Positions 31,220 to 40,041 of a stretch of DNA of 64,000 nt are shown one piece after another. Position 1 is the stretch's first letter; each line of letters opens with the position of its first letter. The DNA is from Patescibacteria group bacterium (GTDB lineage: Bacteria > Patescibacteriota > Microgenomatia > UBA8517), in contig JBGSJG010000008.1 of the NCBI GenBank assembly GCA_041742135.1, positions 232,964-296,963 on the forward strand. The letters are read 5' to 3'. The notes below the pieces were generated by a model. It had not been told where the DNA came from and made no database searches. It saw only the letters and a list, made by a program, of their open reading frames with translations. The position numbers and the translations under genes are program-made.

Positions 31220-31924
31220 TTATGACCATCTGATATTTTTGGCTTGGCCAACAAAGACGCTCGATGGTTCTTCGTCTTCACGGTCTTTTAGCTGTTGCAG
31301 TAGAGCATGTGCCTCAACAACTTCTTTTTCGCCATCATTTTTTCTACCTGGAGCTTTAGCTAGACAGGTACCTAGTGCCAGCTTGAGGACTGGCTCATCC
31401 ATTTCTTCTGGGGTAATCGGCTCGTCAGTTTCTTCAACCAGCCTTACCGGTCGGCGTTTATAAAACAGGTCAATCACTTTCTCTGCGGTATCGGCGACAG
31501 GATCTAAAAAGTATTGATCTCCAATAACGGCATAGACTTTTTGCCAGCGCCAGTCTGTATGGGTTGAAGGATGCACAACATCTAGAGAAGGGTGGAATGT
31601 GGGCGCAATCTTGTTGTCAGATTTTCGGCTCAGATACTGATTTTCCGTAGCCTTGTGGTACTCCTCACCGTCTAAGGAGAGAAAAACCATTCCGCCAGGC
31701 TTATAATCAAATGGTAAGAAGTAAGACTCTTTCCCAGATCCATCTGGGTTGAGTTCTGTTAACTGAGTAGCGTGTTTACTAAGAAACTTCCACCGCGCAA
31801 AGTTACAGGCACGAATAATTGCTTTATTGATCCAACGGTCTTTATCTGAATCCTTCCAGAACCCGCTTACTTTTGAGGCGGTAATTCTGGCGTTTAAGTC
31901 TTGTCTAAATTCTTGTAATTGCAT
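31220..31924 (-). CDS. hypothetical phage protein; the likely start is the internal Met (the ORF is open to 31999 but then overlaps the upstream gene by 64 nt)
   Basis: ORF plus synteny. Confidence 0.35.
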   Translation of the reverse strand: MQLQEFRQDLNARITASKVSGFWKDSDKDRWINKAIIRACNFARWKFLSKHATQLTELNPDGSGKESYFLPFDYKPGGMVFLSLDGEEYHKATENQYLSRKSDNKIAPTFHPSLDVVHPSTHTDWRWQKVYAVIGDQYFLDPVADTAEKVIDLFYKRRPVRLVEETDEPITPEEMDEPVLKLALGTCLAKAPGRKNDGEKEVVEAHALLQQLKDREDEEPSSVFVGQAKNIRWS

Positions 31925-31935
31925 AGTTTTGATTT

Positions 31936-33600
31936 CTACTGGAGATTTCCAGTTGCTCGATAATGTTGAACATATGGCAACAGAGCATTCCCGGGACAAT
32001 CCGTTGCCGATTCAGGCACTTCTCCGTGACCCAAAACACGTTCTTTTGGAATACTTCGCTCTTGTCTTAAGTTGTCTAAGACGGCCTGAAGAGTTGCTAG
32101 TTGTGAGGAGGTGGGAGTCTCATTGCTATGAAAATTTCCGCACAGAACTACGCCTAGGGACCGGTAATTCATCTTGTTACTGCCACAGTGAGCTCCAATA
32201 ACGTTGTCTGGTCTTCCTAGTATCAGGACTCCATCACCATCAAGTGCTCCAGCAATCCATTTGTGATAGCCAACATCATCCCATCCGTAGCCAATATGAG
32301 CTTTTTTAATAGTTTGAAAGTAGGTGTTATCTCTAGGTGTGGCAGAGTGGTGGACGATAATAAACTCTGGATAATTAGCTTTGTTGTAAACTTCAACGTC
32401 TTTGTCGAGTGTTGTCACTCTGCGTTCACCAGTCCAGGCAACTACTAGCTGAGGAGCGTATTTACCGGAGTCTTGGTTATAGTCCCAGATATACTTTGTA
32501 TTACCATGCCCTGAAAAATAGTTTTCTAAAACAATTCCCAATTTGCTTCCTGCCCAGCCGGGACGGTCAACAATCTCTTGGACAACTTCTTTCAGCTCTG
32601 GAGATTCATACACACTTTCCGCCGTCCAATGATCTCCTATCAGTACTCCTGCTTCTGCATGACCAGTATTCCATTGTACTTTCGCACTAGTTTTATTTCT
32701 CAGTGATGGCTTATTTGATCCGTCCGTGAGGAAGACTCCAGCATCATCTTCTGCTATGCCCTTAACGAGGATGTTGGCTTGGCCATTGTTTTGTATCGGG
32801 CTTGTGACCAATAGTTTTGCTGAAAGGATTTCTGCTCCCTGAGGTAAAGAAATAGGGCTAAAGATAAATCCTGCATCGTTGGCTGACTCATCTGGATCTA
32901 AGCTCCCATCATCGCCAAAGGTTGTCATGTTGTTCTGGAAGCCACTTGGATACCAAGTAGTTTTGTAATCTTCCTCGCCGTCCCGGTCGTCACCTTGAAT
33001 AAGACCAATTGTGATTTGTTCGTGCAAACCTTGAGGGAGATAGTAAATTTCCAGTTCCGCCTGATATCCATCACCTTTGCTTAAATCAAAACATGTTTTT
33101 GATTGATCTGAAGGGCTACCGTCGTCTTCAATAACAAACGCCAGTGCATTACCAGATTTCCAGCTAGATTGGGCTATAAGTTCTTCCACGACTAAGTTTA
33201 AATTAGGTGTTTGAACCCACTCGTGAACATTCCATTTTTTAATGATGTCCCAATCCACTGAATTAACGGTTTTGTTTCTTGTAGAAGGGCGGTTAGAACC
33301 ATCTGATTTGAATGGAGCAGGATCCGACTCTTTAATTCCTTTAATTTTTAAATTAACGGTAAAATCACTACCATCGCTGACTGCAGGACGCAGTCTTAAT
33401 CTGGCCAGAAAAATCTTTGAAAACTGAGGGATATCAATTCCTCTAAATCTGAAAGCGGCCGTTTGAGTGCCAGTAAAATTGCCAAAGGTTATAACGCTTG
33501 ATGAATTGCCATCTTTATTCCAAGACGAAGTACCAGCCTCTCTGCCGTCATCAGAGTTTTCTTGGGTTATTGCTTTGATCTTCAGTACTTGGTTTGTCAT
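31936..33600 (-). CDS. virion-associated peptidoglycan hydrolase: two copies of a ~125-aa repeat domain plus a C-terminal amidase_2/PGRP (T7-lysozyme-type) domain
   Basis: IIVHHSATP ... GYH ... ILGRPDNVIGAHCGSNKMNYRSLGVVLCGNF zinc-amidase motifs. The two internal repeats share the motifs DGS-RPSTRNKT ... VDWD. Confidence 0.65.
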   Translation of the reverse strand: MTNQVLKIKAITQENSDDGREAGTSSWNKDGNSSSVITFGNFTGTQTAAFRFRGIDIPQFSKIFLARLRLRPAVSDGSDFTVNLKIKGIKESDPAPFKSDGSNRPSTRNKTVNSVDWDIIKKWNVHEWVQTPNLNLVVEELIAQSSWKSGNALAFVIEDDGSPSDQSKTCFDLSKGDGYQAELEIYYLPQGLHEQITIGLIQGDDRDGEEDYKTTWYPSGFQNNMTTFGDDGSLDPDESANDAGFIFSPISLPQGAEILSAKLLVTSPIQNNGQANILVKGIAEDDAGVFLTDGSNKPSLRNKTSAKVQWNTGHAEAGVLIGDHWTAESVYESPELKEVVQEIVDRPGWAGSKLGIVLENYFSGHGNTKYIWDYNQDSGKYAPQLVVAWTGERRVTTLDKDVEVYNKANYPEFIIVHHSATPRDNTYFQTIKKAHIGYGWDDVGYHKWIAGALDGDGVLILGRPDNVIGAHCGSNKMNYRSLGVVLCGNFHSNETPTSSQLATLQAVLDNLRQERSIPKERVLGHGEVPESATDCPGNALLPYVQHYRATGNLQ

Positions 33601-33865
33601 AGTCTTTTTTGTTGTTTTTAGGTGGCACGTCTAGCTTGACGTTGATCCTGGCGTTAGCTTTAATTCCAACCAGTTTCATAATTCGTCTGATAGCTGCTAT
33701 GGTCGAGCCTTCCTTGCCAACTAATGCACCTGCATCTTGGTTATCTAAGCGAACAACTAACAAAACACCCATTTCGTCGACTTTGCGTTCAATCACGACA
33801 TTTTCTGGTTTGTCAGCGATTGCTTTGACTATTTGTTCTAGTAGAGCTACATCTTTTTCTTGCAT
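33551..33865 (-). CDS. KH-domain RNA-binding protein (KhpA/YlqC-like) inside the structural module
   Basis: ENVVIERKVDEMGVLLVVRLDNQDAGALVGKEGSTIAAIRRIMKLVG matches the KH_4/UPF0109 pattern. The 3' tail overlaps the next gene start by 50 nt. Confidence 0.55.
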   Translation of the reverse strand: MQEKDVALLEQIVKAIADKPENVVIERKVDEMGVLLVVRLDNQDAGALVGKEGSTIAAIRRIMKLVGIKANARINVKLDVPPKNNKKDYDKPSTEDQSNNPRKL

Positions 33866-33891
33866 GGCTTTTTCACCTCCTTTTCATTTAG

Positions 33892-34506
33892 TTAAGTAAC
33901 ATTTGGTTCGATCGTTAATACCAGTTCAGCTGCATTAGCAGCCCCACTGTTAAAATCCCAAATGTTTTCATACTGGTTTGCAGGACTGCTATCGTCTTCA
34001 ATCACTAGAGCAAGGGCTTTTCCGTCAAATTCAGCTTGTTGAATAAGCTCGTTGATGACTGAGGCAATATTGGGGGATTCATACCAGGTGTTTAGTACCC
34101 AATCTTCTGTAATATCCCAATCAACAGCCGCAGTTGTTTTACTTCTTGTTGACGGACGGTCACTTCCATCTCCAGCGAAAGGGCTGGGACTTGCTTCTAG
34201 GATGCCTTTGACTTTCAGAGTTGGTCTTTTGGTGGAATTAACGGCAGCCTTAACTCTCAATATGGCGCTGGTTACTTTGGCGTTATTGGGAATAAATGCT
34301 CGAAGAAATCTCAATGCTGTATCACAACTGCCGGTGTTATCGTTTCCGACACTTATTTGATTGGACCCAAAGCCATTGGGATACCAACTGGTATCGTAAT
34401 CTTCTTCACCATCATCATTGTTCCCCAAAACTTTAAGTTTTGTGACAATAATGCTGTCAAGCTTTGTATCTAGGTTTCCTGATTTTGCGCTATTAAATTT
34501 GGCCAT
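33892..34506 (-). CDS. protein consisting of a single copy of the same ~125-aa repeat domain found twice in the adjacent lysin
   Basis: GDGSDRPSTRSKTTAAVDWDITEDW ... ALALVIEDDSSP aligns with both repeats in 31936..33600. Confidence 0.5.
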   Translation of the reverse strand: MAKFNSAKSGNLDTKLDSIIVTKLKVLGNNDDGEEDYDTSWYPNGFGSNQISVGNDNTGSCDTALRFLRAFIPNNAKVTSAILRVKAAVNSTKRPTLKVKGILEASPSPFAGDGSDRPSTRSKTTAAVDWDITEDWVLNTWYESPNIASVINELIQQAEFDGKALALVIEDDSSPANQYENIWDFNSGAANAAELVLTIEPNVT

Positions 34507-34508
34507 AT

Positions 34509-34805
34509 TTATTTTTCAGTCACTATCTCCACAATTTGTCCTGCTACTGACGAGCTGACTACAATCTGGGTTGTATTTTTAATGCGCAAAGATAAGCTGT
34601 CACCAGGGTTATCCAGAATAAATGGCACATTTTTACTGTCGATATCATCGTGGGCGACTTTAATCTCCCCGGTGTTGTCGGCTTTGCTTTTAATAACAAC
34701 CTCGCAGCCTTCTCCAACTTTAATATCAGGTAGTGGATACCATTCATCCTGATTAGTCAGAGTTAGTTGAGCAGTTGTAAAGGTGGGTCTACTATTGCTG
34801 GACAT
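34509..34805 (-). CDS. hypothetical phage protein
   Basis: ORF in the operon. Confidence 0.3.
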   Translation of the reverse strand: MSSNSRPTFTTAQLTLTNQDEWYPLPDIKVGEGCEVVIKSKADNTGEIKVAHDDIDSKNVPFILDNPGDSLSLRIKNTTQIVVSSSVAGQIVEIVTEK

Positions 34806-34811
34806 ATCTTT

Positions 34812-35450
34812 TTAAAACTTTGGCTGTTCAGCCGTACTTCTAATTCCGGTTACAGATTTCTGGGTGTCAGCTCCCTCTGCAGCTCCTTTTATTTCAACTT
34901 CTTTTTTCTGCAGAGCTTTTTCTCTAGCTGCTACTTCTTTTTCTCTTTCCTCAAGAGTTCGGAATTTCTCCTGATAAATCTGATCAACGCTTTTACCACC
35001 TTTAAGATCTGTCGTTTGAACTTTCCTGAACACACTGCCGAAGTTAGGATGATTGTCTAAGTATTCGACTTCTTCCTGATCCTTAGTCTTGTAAACACCC
35101 TCATGGAATTGGATGTACTTTCCCCGGATAATTAGAACCTTGCCACCAACTTCTTTAAGGTAGGAAGGATTCATAACCAATTTCAGCTCTAAATAACGGG
35201 AAATATATACAATCTCTTTGGCTGGTTCAGCTTTTTGGGCAGTCCCTTTATTAGAAGGCTGTTCTGCGGATTGTTTGTCGGAATTGGATTCATTCGCAGG
35301 AGGTTCCTCGGCTCCAGAATCTTGAGCTTCGCTAATGCGTGCAATAAGCTCCTCTTTTTTGCCTGCTTTGGAAATGCCTAGTCGCTTAGCTTCATTCCAC
35401 AACTCAGCCATGTTCATGTCTTGTAATTGTTTTTCAGTTGTTTCTGTCAT
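34812..35450 (-). CDS. Rho_N/SAP-like N-terminal domain protein, phage-associated
   Basis: MAELWNEAKRLGISKAGKKEELIARI. Strong SD sequence GAGGTGA upstream. Confidence 0.4.
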   Translation of the reverse strand: MTETTEKQLQDMNMAELWNEAKRLGISKAGKKEELIARISEAQDSGAEEPPANESNSDKQSAEQPSNKGTAQKAEPAKEIVYISRYLELKLVMNPSYLKEVGGKVLIIRGKYIQFHEGVYKTKDQEEVEYLDNHPNFGSVFRKVQTTDLKGGKSVDQIYQEKFRTLEEREKEVAAREKALQKKEVEIKGAAEGADTQKSVTGIRSTAEQPKF

Positions 35451-35507
35451 AATTTTTCACCTCACTTTCTTTGTTGTCTGATTTAATAGAGTTCCAGACT
35501 TGAGTTT

Positions 35508-35533
35508 GAAGGGGTGATAACGCTCACCCCTTC
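35508..35533. promoter_or_regulatory. perfect 10-bp stem / 6-nt loop hairpin (GAAGGGGTGA-taacgc-TCACCCCTTC) in the gap downstream of the capsid gene
   Basis: Read directly. There is no U-tract on either strand, so it is not a canonical intrinsic terminator. Confidence 0.5.
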
Positions 35534-35621
35534 TTAGGCGACTACACTGGGTAAGAAAGTGTGTAGTGACTTCCGGTTTTTAGTTATTTCTTTCATAAGT
35601 TTTTTCAGTAATTGATCGGCT

Positions 35622-36791
35622 TTAGAGTGAACCTACGCTCATAATGGCGTGGCGTTGCTCTTGTTCCATTTGCAGACCACATTCGGTCAGGTATTCGTCA
35701 ACTTGGCTGTCTTCACCGGGATTCTGACGGTTAGTCAAAAGCTTGGTGTCACGATTTGTCAGGTAGCGGTAGGTCAAGGCTTCCATGTCCAGACCAACGG
35801 CGTAATTACCATAAGTCGTTCCGATCAATAGTGGATGCTTGATGATATGCAGAGTTCCGTGTGGGGAGTCATAAGTCACGATTCGCAGTCCATAGGCTTT
35901 CGTGGGATTAACCACTTGGAGCTTCCCTTTAGCCCAACCGTTAACCATCGAAACAACTGCTGCAGATGCGAACAGATATTTCTCGGTGTTACCGTGAGCG
36001 AAGAGGCTTTCCAGCCATGAGTCAAATTCTGACTCGGTGTCAACGTTGGCAGATGCGTAAGTGGCAATCCTTCCTAGGATACCGTTGGTAAATCGTTTCG
36101 GATGAGTTCCAGATGTAACGATTCCTTTCTTACCAAACATAAAGGTTCGCTCGATATCGACATAGTGCTCGATACCTTTTTTGCGCCTTTGGTAATCAAA
36201 GTCGTTTTCTTTCACCCAACCTTGCGTGTTTCTGGCGGTTTCTGTGATACCTACCGGAGTTCGGAAAATCTGACAGTAGTTTGCTACTTCGGCAATAGTT
36301 GTCGACTTGATATCTCGCAAGCCGGCACCTTCTTCATTGGCATTACCAATGAGCCATACGTCTCCGACTGCAGAAGCGGCCGATCCTGTTGCCCCACCTA
36401 ACTCAGCCCCGACGGTAACCGTGTTAGCGTCTACGATTGCAGTGACTTGGAAGACCCATTTTTGGGCTGAAACCAAGATAATGTCGCCAACCTGTAAATA
36501 CTGGGATTGACCAGTAATGGTTAAGTTGCCTCCATCTGGATCAACTGTGCTGGATCCTGTAAGTTGTCGTTTACCAAATTCATCTTCAAACCATTTGAAT
36601 TCTGGATCAGAAGACTCTCTTTTTTTCAGAGCTTCGCCTTCGCCGGTTGCAGGATCTTTACCTGCATTCGTCAATATCGCTACTAGAGGATATCGATTGA
36701 CATCCAAAAGCGATACGACATCCGCCACGTCATACTTGCGTGTCGCGCCGACATTTCCTGTACCTCTGATTCCTGTTGCTGATGCTGGCAT
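35622..36791 (-). CDS. putative major capsid protein
   Basis: Size (389 aa), position after the scaffold-like gene, strong SD (GGAGGTGA), hairpin downstream. Confidence 0.5.
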   Translation of the reverse strand: MPASATGIRGTGNVGATRKYDVADVVSLLDVNRYPLVAILTNAGKDPATGEGEALKKRESSDPEFKWFEDEFGKRQLTGSSTVDPDGGNLTITGQSQYLQVGDIILVSAQKWVFQVTAIVDANTVTVGAELGGATGSAASAVGDVWLIGNANEEGAGLRDIKSTTIAEVANYCQIFRTPVGITETARNTQGWVKENDFDYQRRKKGIEHYVDIERTFMFGKKGIVTSGTHPKRFTNGILGRIATYASANVDTESEFDSWLESLFAHGNTEKYLFASAAVVSMVNGWAKGKLQVVNPTKAYGLRIVTYDSPHGTLHIIKHPLLIGTTYGNYAVGLDMEALTYRYLTNRDTKLLTNRQNPGEDSQVDEYLTECGLQMEQEQRHAIMSVGSL

Positions 36792-36828
36792 AATATTTTT
36801 TCACCTCCTTTCTTAATAACGTGGGCGG

Positions 36829-37641
36829 TTAGATCCCTAACCCTCCCAAGGGGCTTTTTGACCCGCTTCCGGCGAGAGCTTTCTGGATGCGTTTTGTTTC
36901 GGCATCCGAGCCATCGGGTTGAGTCGGAGCGCCCGCTCCACTCTCAACTTGAGCTTTTGCCTTTTTCAGGCGGCTCTTTTCTTGATCTGATAATTCTTCA
37001 GATTCACCTTCATTGTTGTCCTCGGGTTCGTCAACTTTGTGCTTACCGAGGAAAGCATCGACCTGCACACAAGCCTCTTTCAAAGAGACCGTAGTGCCTT
37101 TAGCACTGGCAGCATCGATAATTGTTTGGACCATCTTTCGATAGTCTTGATCATGTAGTGGATGATCCTTCTTGGCTTCTTCTATTTCTTTTTGAACAGC
37201 CGTGCGTACTTTTTCCTGAATTTCAATGGTTCTCTTTACACCCTCGTCAATACGGGTCAGAACCCATTTGGCAAAATCTGAAGGGGTCATCTTTTGCAGT
37301 TCTTCCGCACTCGGAAGATTTAGTTCTTTATTTTCGTCTTGATTTTCCTTGCCTTCATCGTCATCTGGTTTTTCGTTTTTCTCAAGAGATTCATATTCTT
37401 TGATAATTTCCTCACGGCTCTTGCCGTGCCATCGATCTTTATCTTTGGTGTCTTTCTTTTTGTCTTTTGATTTACTTTTGTCGTTCATAGATTTATCTTT
37501 TTTGTCAGGATCTGACTCATCCTTTGGTTCCTTTTCATCTGGATTTTCATTAGATTCATCCTCAGATGACTCATCATCAGGAGCATCCATTAAGGCTTTT
37601 AATTCTTCTTGTTCTTTTTGTTTCATTTGTTCTTCGTCCAT
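36829..37641 (-). CDS. putative scaffolding protein (very acidic, Lys/Glu/Asp-rich, coiled-coil)
   Basis: Composition and position before the capsid gene. Confidence 0.45.
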   Translation of the reverse strand: MDEEQMKQKEQEELKALMDAPDDESSEDESNENPDEKEPKDESDPDKKDKSMNDKSKSKDKKKDTKDKDRWHGKSREEIIKEYESLEKNEKPDDDEGKENQDENKELNLPSAEELQKMTPSDFAKWVLTRIDEGVKRTIEIQEKVRTAVQKEIEEAKKDHPLHDQDYRKMVQTIIDAASAKGTTVSLKEACVQVDAFLGKHKVDEPEDNNEGESEELSDQEKSRLKKAKAQVESGAGAPTQPDGSDAETKRIQKALAGSGSKSPLGGLGI

Positions 37642-37645
37642 AGGT

Positions 37646-37900
37646 TTATTCCTTCCTTAAGCTTTGAGCGGTTTCATCGCGCTCTTTTATAACGCCTGCT
37701 ACCATACTCAAAACTTTTTTGTAGGCCTTGATCAGTTGTTTATGCTCAAGGTCTTCTTCTACTGGGCAATCCAGTAGATCTTTGGTTTCAATTTCAATTT
37801 CTTTACTGACCAAGTTTTCGATAATGTGCCAGCCTTCTGTCTGGGTCATTTCCCAAACTGCTCGGCCTCGCTCTAGTTTTTCGTCAATATTGTTAGCCAT
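37646..37900 (-). CDS. hypothetical phage protein
   Basis: ORF. Confidence 0.3.
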   Translation of the reverse strand: MANNIDEKLERGRAVWEMTQTEGWHIIENLVSKEIEIETKDLLDCPVEEDLEHKQLIKAYKKVLSMVAGVIKERDETAQSLRKE

Positions 37901-37902
37901 TT

Positions 37903-38235
37903 TTATAAGTTGGGATTGGCCGGAGGAGTTTCTCCCTCTGGTTGTTCCTGGTCTTCTAACCCCATACTTTTTTTCTGTGCTCCAAGGCCGCCAAGTGGTC
38001 GAACTTCGTTTTCTTTCATGTCTTGCAGAGTGGCAATTAAGCTATCTAGCACTTCCAAAAAGGTTGACTGCCCCTGGAAATATGTATTTCTGGCCACCGT
38101 AAAGAGAGAATCAACTTTGTCCCAGGTCTGAGTCTCATTTGGCTGATTTGCCTTGTTTACCTCAGGAGCCGGCTCCTTGGCTTTTTGCTCTGGCATTGAT
38201 TCTTTTTTGTTTTGATTGGTTTGGTCAGGTTCCAT
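37903..38235 (-). CDS. hypothetical phage protein
   Basis: ORF. Confidence 0.3.
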   Translation of the reverse strand: MEPDQTNQNKKESMPEQKAKEPAPEVNKANQPNETQTWDKVDSLFTVARNTYFQGQSTFLEVLDSLIATLQDMKENEVRPLGGLGAQKKSMGLEDQEQPEGETPPANPNL

Positions 38236-38244
38236 ATTTTCTCC

Positions 38245-38643
38245 TTATGTAAATGGGAACGGCCGTTGGGCGTTCCATAGTAATGCTCCGACATAAACTT
38301 CGGCGGACGGCGATGAGCCACCTGCTATAGTTACAACTGCTCGGAGATATCTTTTCCTGCGGTCAATCTGCATTTTGTACCCGGTATCTGCTGTAACCGT
38401 TATTTCCTCACCACCCACAGCTACACTTACACCACTTGAAAAGTCCGAGGCATCAGATTCCTCAATTTTTACTTTGGTTGAGGTTTGGTCACCCAAATCA
38501 CCGATTGCGATATCTACAAGTCCTGAGTCATAAGCTGGTCTGTTGCTGAGATATGTATCAACGCCAGTTGCTTCAGTAGTTGCCGTGATTACACCAATTG
38601 CGAGGAGAGTAGCGGTGTGAATGTTTTGATTTAGTGTTTTCAT
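38245..38643 (-). CDS. hypothetical protein with N-terminal signal-peptide-like segment
   Basis: ORF. A conserved upstream motif is shared with the portal gene. Confidence 0.35.
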   Translation of the reverse strand: MKTLNQNIHTATLLAIGVITATTEATGVDTYLSNRPAYDSGLVDIAIGDLGDQTSTKVKIEESDASDFSSGVSVAVGGEEITVTADTGYKMQIDRRKRYLRAVVTIAGGSSPSAEVYVGALLWNAQRPFPFT

Positions 38644-38712
38644 ATTTACTTCAGTTGTTTAAAAGCCAAGCAAAAAGGGCTGCAACTTCTAAACACACGC
38701 TTAATTTGCGTA

Positions 38713-38742
38713 TATTCAGAAGCCACAGCCCCGATTGTTTCG
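38713..38742 (-). promoter_or_regulatory. conserved motif (minus-strand sense GCCTAACGAAaCaATCGGGGCTGTGG) upstream of 38245..38643; also present upstream of the portal gene
   Basis: 22/24 nt are identical between the two sites, both ~40-100 nt upstream of minus-strand phage gene starts. Confidence 0.4.
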
Positions 38743-38940
38743 TTAGGCTTTACTTCGATATGAGTCCAGTCTAGTGAAGGAGAATTAAAACAGCAATAAA
38801 CTTTCTGTCAGTTTGTGGTGATATTAAAAGTTGGAACATCTTAACTATTTATGAGCCCATTGTTTTAATTTTCACCAGATTGAGCTATAATCGGCACTAT
38901 ATTTTAGAATATCGAAATATATCAATGAGGCTTAGAAATT

Positions 38941-39996
38941 ATGAAAGAAAATTTACAACATTACGAACACCATCAAAGTCATGGATCTGACGCACTACGA
39001 GTAGTTGAACAACGAATTCAATTCTTGGAGATTGATCAAAATGAAAAGCTTGGTCAACACTTTTTAATTGATGATTATTCACTCAGCAGAATGGCACAAG
39101 AAGTTGAGCCTGGAGCCAATGTAATAGAGGTTGGGGCTGGAGTGGGCCAACTTACAGAGTTGCTTACTCAGCAGGCCGATCGTGTAATATCAATTGAAAT
39201 TGATCGCAGATATGAAGCCGTGCTTCAGCAAATCCAAGCTCAACACCCAGGACTGGAAATTGTTTATGGAGATGTTCTTTCAACCAAACTAGGCGCACTA
39301 GTTCGTAAGTTAGAATCCGAAGAACATAATGTTCAGATCGTGGCTAATCTTCCATACCACATTACCGAGCCTTTTATGCAGCAAGCATCAGGACTACATA
39401 TTCCAATGAGTTTGATGGTGGGAGAGAAGTTTGCACAAACCGCAGTAATTGAAAATCCCAACGAACCTTTTTACTCTAGTCTTTCATTGCTTAGTCAATC
39501 TTTTTTTGAGGTTGAAAGAATTCTTGATGTGCCAAGAGAAGCTTTTCTTCCAGAACCACGAACGAAATCTGCTATTATGCGGTTTACTCCAAAAGGAAAT
39601 GTTAAACACTTATCCAGGCAAGATTTCATATCTCAAAGATTGTTTTTGACGATGAATAAAAGTCCTCTTGTAAAAAATGTAATCAAAGAATCTCTGATTG
39701 CTTACTCAGAAGTTTCTCGATATGGGACACGTACAAAAACAGAATCAAGCAGGCTTAGTCGCAGGACTACAAAACAAGAGCTTAAAACCTTGCTTCATCA
39801 ATACCAATTCGGTATTCGCAGTGAAGAAGATGGTAATAGTAGTGCAAACGAAATTGGATTGACACAAAATCAGGCTAAGGACATTATTGGAAACATGGGC
39901 ATATCAGAGCCTATCCTTAACAAGCCATTTTCTCAATTGAATAATAGCGAAATAAGGATTTTAGCACTTTGTTTACAGGGCTCAGGATTACGCTAG
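38941..39996 (+). CDS. rsmA: 16S rRNA (adenine-N6)-dimethyltransferase KsgA/RsmA-like, with ~80-aa C-terminal extension
   Basis: QHFLID ... IEVGAGVGQLTELL (SAM motif I) and NLPYHIT. Confidence 0.7.
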   Translation: MKENLQHYEHHQSHGSDALRVVEQRIQFLEIDQNEKLGQHFLIDDYSLSRMAQEVEPGANVIEVGAGVGQLTELLTQQADRVISIEIDRRYEAVLQQIQAQHPGLEIVYGDVLSTKLGALVRKLESEEHNVQIVANLPYHITEPFMQQASGLHIPMSLMVGEKFAQTAVIENPNEPFYSSLSLLSQSFFEVERILDVPREAFLPEPRTKSAIMRFTPKGNVKHLSRQDFISQRLFLTMNKSPLVKNVIKESLIAYSEVSRYGTRTKTESSRLSRRTTKQELKTLLHQYQFGIRSEEDGNSSANEIGLTQNQAKDIIGNMGISEPILNKPFSQLNNSEIRILALCLQGSGLR

Positions 39997-40041
39997 TTTT
40001 GAAGTTTACAGAAAACAGAGGTTTCAAAGTATAATAAATTT

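Noticed and set aside
33551-33865. Dismissing the KH ORF as spurious because it overlaps the lysin start by 50 nt
   Set aside because: The KH motif match is too specific to be chance. The overlap is more likely a mis-placed lysin start or genuine translational coupling, so the ORF was kept as a feature.
35508-35533. Calling the hairpin a rho-independent terminator
   Set aside because: No U-tract follows on either strand. It is kept only as a stem-loop of unknown function.
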